A stretch of DNA of 34,080 nt from a virus. Lineage: Duplodnaviria > Caudoviricetes. The notes under the pieces were generated by a model that saw only the letters and a program-made list of their open reading frames with translations, was not told the DNA's origin and made no database searches. The DNA is taken from the IMG/VR virus record IMGVR_UViG_3300043407_000008, positions 1 through 34,080 of that record. The stretch is one strand, 5' to 3'. The translations under genes were made by a program, and so were the position numbers. Shown in pieces: positions 31,301-34,080 of this stretch. Numbering within the stretch: the stretch's first letter is position 1; each line of letters opens with the position of its first letter.

Positions 31301-34080
31301 CCCCTTAAAGCCTGTGCTAGTTCAGATACTTCACCCTTTATAAACCACATATTCGATAGAGGAAGCATTCTAAGAAGATCAGCAGTCCCATTGCCATAAT
31401 CTCCACTGACAACTTTAAACAAACCTTCTGCAATATTTGCAGCCCATGATGGACCAGCGCCAGCAAGATCAGTTACAACATCAAAAGCATTTTCGCGTTG
31501 CTTAAATTTTGGCTGAAGAAACCCACCAGTAATGTTGGGACCGCCAAGAGCAATAGTTGAGTGCATCGTCCGATAAAACATATCAGAGTAGAAAGGAAGA
31601 AGGCCGCTTGCATCAACAGACCTAGCCATCTTGTCTTGGAAACTCATATTGTTCCAAGTATTTTCTGGCGTCTTTATTTTGAGAACCATGTATGCAAGCC
31701 CAAGCATTGTAGCTGCACCAATGGCACGATTCTTTACCTGACCATGCGCCATTGCAGCAGCAGTTTTGTTCATAGTTCCAAAAAGAAAGTTGTAGAATTG
31801 GAATGGCAAACCGAGAAAGCCGTTCTCAATTCGAGCATACCCTTTTAGAACGGGATGTTCTTTAAAGCCAAACTTACCAGCAATGCTCATTGGCAAGTGA
31901 ACAACGCCATCAGTAATAATTGGTCGATCCGCAGGAGAACCATGAATAACGGTGTTTGTGATGCCGCTGTTTAAACCAACACGAAACCGCTCGACATCAT
32001 CAATAGTAGTTTTTTGCGCTGCTTTGTAATCAACCATAGCCAGTTCATTGATTTTGTTTTCATAGGCAACAGTATCTTTTGCGTTGATACCTAAGTCTTT
32101 TGCACTGAAACGAGAGTGATTAACCTCATGCAACATAACAAAGTTAGCCCACTGCTTGGGCGTCTTGAAGATGTCGGGCAAAGCATTAACGCCTTCTGTG
32201 CGCGGCTTTAGCCATGCCTTTCGCTGAAACATTGTGCCTTCAATGTAATCACGATCAAAGTAAATAGTATTTGTTTTCCGATTATAGTAAGCGGGAACAA
32301 CTTCACCTTTTGAGTTTGTTTTGCTTACAGAACTTCCATCTTCCATAGCCTCAATTACAGTGATGCGCTTGCCCTCAATTTCAGGAATTTCAATATGATC
32401 AGCCCACTGCTCAGTGTTTGGAAGAATTAAGCCTTCTTTGTTGCGCTGCCACGGGGCCTTAGCAAGCTTACGAGCCAATGCTTCGTCAACCCCGTGCATA
32501 GCAAGAAATACTCGGTCGCTTTGGCTAATCGTTCCGTCAACAAGACGAAGAGAGTAATCAATAAGCGTATGCCCCATAACCAACCCAGAGAGTTTTTTGT
32601 AAGCAATCGTCAATGGCGTTAAGCCATTGGCAATGTAAAACAAATGCTGGGCCGAGTTTAGAAGCTTTGGTGAAACAAAGTTATTACTAACTTGGCTTTC
32701 AAGCCGCAACATACCATGTGTATATTCAAGCGCAGAACCAGATAGCTGTGTCTCTAAACCAGATTGGCGAAGGGTATCCATGTCAATCATAGACTTGACG
32801 CCCTTCATCATTGGCCCCAATTCATATTGCATAACAATACGGCCAAAATCTGGAATTGAAGATAGACCAGCGCCACCCATAAAGGTAAGGCCCGCTAGAG
32901 TCCGAAGCCCATAGGCAATTTTTTGGTTTAGCGCATCTGGGTTATCCAAGACATTGCTAACTACACGACGATACAACGAATCAAAATCTCTGCGCATTGC
33001 ATTGATCTCAGCATCACTTGCCCCAGCGCGGAGCATATCTAATTCCATCTCAGTTCTAACGCCATTGTAGTCTTTGCCAAACTTTTCTTGGAACAAAGCG
33101 CGAGGACGAACCCGTGCATTGTAAGAAGCAAGAACGGAAACAGGATTTGTTTCAACGTAGTCAATAATTGCAGATGTTGGAATATCTAAGTTCCGATGGC
33201 GAAAATGCTTAGAGCGACCAAGACCAGCAACAACATCGCCAGACTCTACCGCATCACCCTCAGACAGTATTTTATTGGTTGTCGACTCAGCGCGTTTGCG
33301 AAGTTCTACTGGATCAGTGCTAAGTTTTACAAGAACATAGTCGCCAGTTTCATAATTGAAATCATAGACATACGGTTTTTTTTCAAACTCGCGCATAAGG
33401 ATTTTAATGAAAGCTTCACGATTTGCTCTGATCTTATCAAGCTTAAAAAAACGGGCAAAGAATGGTTCAGCTTTTGGTTCTACATTTGCTGCATCAATAG
33501 CCGCTTTAGCGCCATCAATGCGCGTCCGAAGCGCATCAATTGCTTCTGACAGCGTATCCATTGCTTGTGCCATTCGCGGCGTAACATCAAGGATATCCTT
33601 GAGTGCAATGAGATCATCTACTGATTTTGCTGCTTTAAGCTTTGCAATCAAGTCTTTAAACTCAGCAATGGTTTTTTCATTGTCAGGAAGACGAGCATTA
33701 ATGTCTTCGTATAGTTTTTTCTGTTTTGCAGTCAAACCTTTTGATTTGTATAGAGCATCAAGCCTATCAAAGATGGGGCGATCTTTCTTAACTTTGGCGT
33801 CAAGATAGGTCATTGTCTTAGTCATCCATGTCTTGTTCCAAGAAGTAATGTCAGTCATTACGCTTTCGTATTCAGCTAGTTTAGCTGGATCGTTAAGAGC
33901 AATCCTAACAATTCCATCAGCATCTTTTTTCAAATCATCAATACGAGCATCAATGATGTCAATCTCGCGATCAGTTGCATCAATGCGACGAGTAGTCAAA
34001 GCATCAATCTCTTGATTGATAATTCTAATTTTGTTTTCACGACCACGCGCTGTAGCAATCAAACCCAAGTCTTCTAGGTT
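31297..34080 (-). CDS. Large internal virion (ejection) protein, C-terminal part; open at the right edge
   Basis: The frame is open to 34080, so TTG 34068 is probably not a start. GLSSIPDFG, IANGLTPLT and LPFQFYNF motifs resemble podovirus gp16-like proteins. Precedes the tail fibre gene. Confidence 0.8.
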   Translation of the reverse strand, partial: NLEDLGLIATARGRENKIRIINQEIDALTTRRIDATDREIDIIDARIDDLKKDADGIVRIALNDPAKLAEYESVMTDITSWNKTWMTKTMTYLDAKVKKDRPIFDRLDALYKSKGLTAKQKKLYEDINARLPDNEKTIAEFKDLIAKLKAAKSVDDLIALKDILDVTPRMAQAMDTLSEAIDALRTRIDGAKAAIDAANVEPKAEPFFARFFKLDKIRANREAFIKILMREFEKKPYVYDFNYETGDYVLVKLSTDPVELRKRAESTTNKILSEGDAVESGDVVAGLGRSKHFRHRNLDIPTSAIIDYVETNPVSVLASYNARVRPRALFQEKFGKDYNGVRTEMELDMLRAGASDAEINAMRRDFDSLYRRVVSNVLDNPDALNQKIAYGLRTLAGLTFMGGAGLSSIPDFGRIVMQYELGPMMKGVKSMIDMDTLRQSGLETQLSGSALEYTHGMLRLESQVSNNFVSPKLLNSAQHLFYIANGLTPLTIAYKKLSGLVMGHTLIDYSLRLVDGTISQSDRVFLAMHGVDEALARKLAKAPWQRNKEGLILPNTEQWADHIEIPEIEGKRITVIEAMEDGSSVSKTNSKGEVVPAYYNRKTNTIYFDRDYIEGTMFQRKAWLKPRTEGVNALPDIFKTPKQWANFVMLHEVNHSRFSAKDLGINAKDTVAYENKINELAMVDYKAAQKTTIDDVERFRVGLNSGITNTVIHGSPADRPIITDGVVHLPMSIAGKFGFKEHPVLKGYARIENGFLGLPFQFYNFLFGTMNKTAAAMAHGQVKNRAIGAATMLGLAYMVLKIKTPENTWNNMSFQDKMARSVDASGLLPFYSDMFYRTMHSTIALGGPNITGGFLQPKFKQRENAFDVVTDLAGAGPSWAANIAEGLFKVVSGDYGNGTADLLRMLPLSNMWFIKGEVSELAQALRG

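Overview
This looks like a complete or nearly complete, circularly permuted podovirus genome, probably of an alphaproteobacterial host (inferred from promoter style and gene families). The minus strand carries a T7/BPP-1-like virion and lysis module: terS, small basic proteins, terL, portal, scaffold, major capsid, decoration protein, tail tubular A/B, internal virion proteins, tail fibre, three tandem fibre+partner cassettes, endolysin, holin, spanins and a metallophosphoesterase. The plus strand (about 16.4-24.3 kb) carries an early/replication module: DUF932, HTH regulators, Hjc-like resolvase, initiator C-terminal domain plus loader, YqaJ exonuclease, Rad52/Sak-like annealing protein, SSB and a DnaA domain-IV protein. 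I found no DNA polymerase, RNA polymerase, primase, helicase or integrase. The most notable signals are: (1) a roughly 0.6-0.9 kb, densely base-paired, largely non-coding region at the early/late switch; (2) three fibre cassettes whose divergent tip domains are bracketed by near-identical DNA repeats; (3) a candidate late-promoter motif TTTGTGCRTTG present three times; (4) a capsid-leader RNA fold with the same internal loop twice; (5) an intergenic iteron/palindrome candidate origin; (6) an HExxH domain within the large internal virion protein. All family calls come from recognising motifs by eye, not from database searches.
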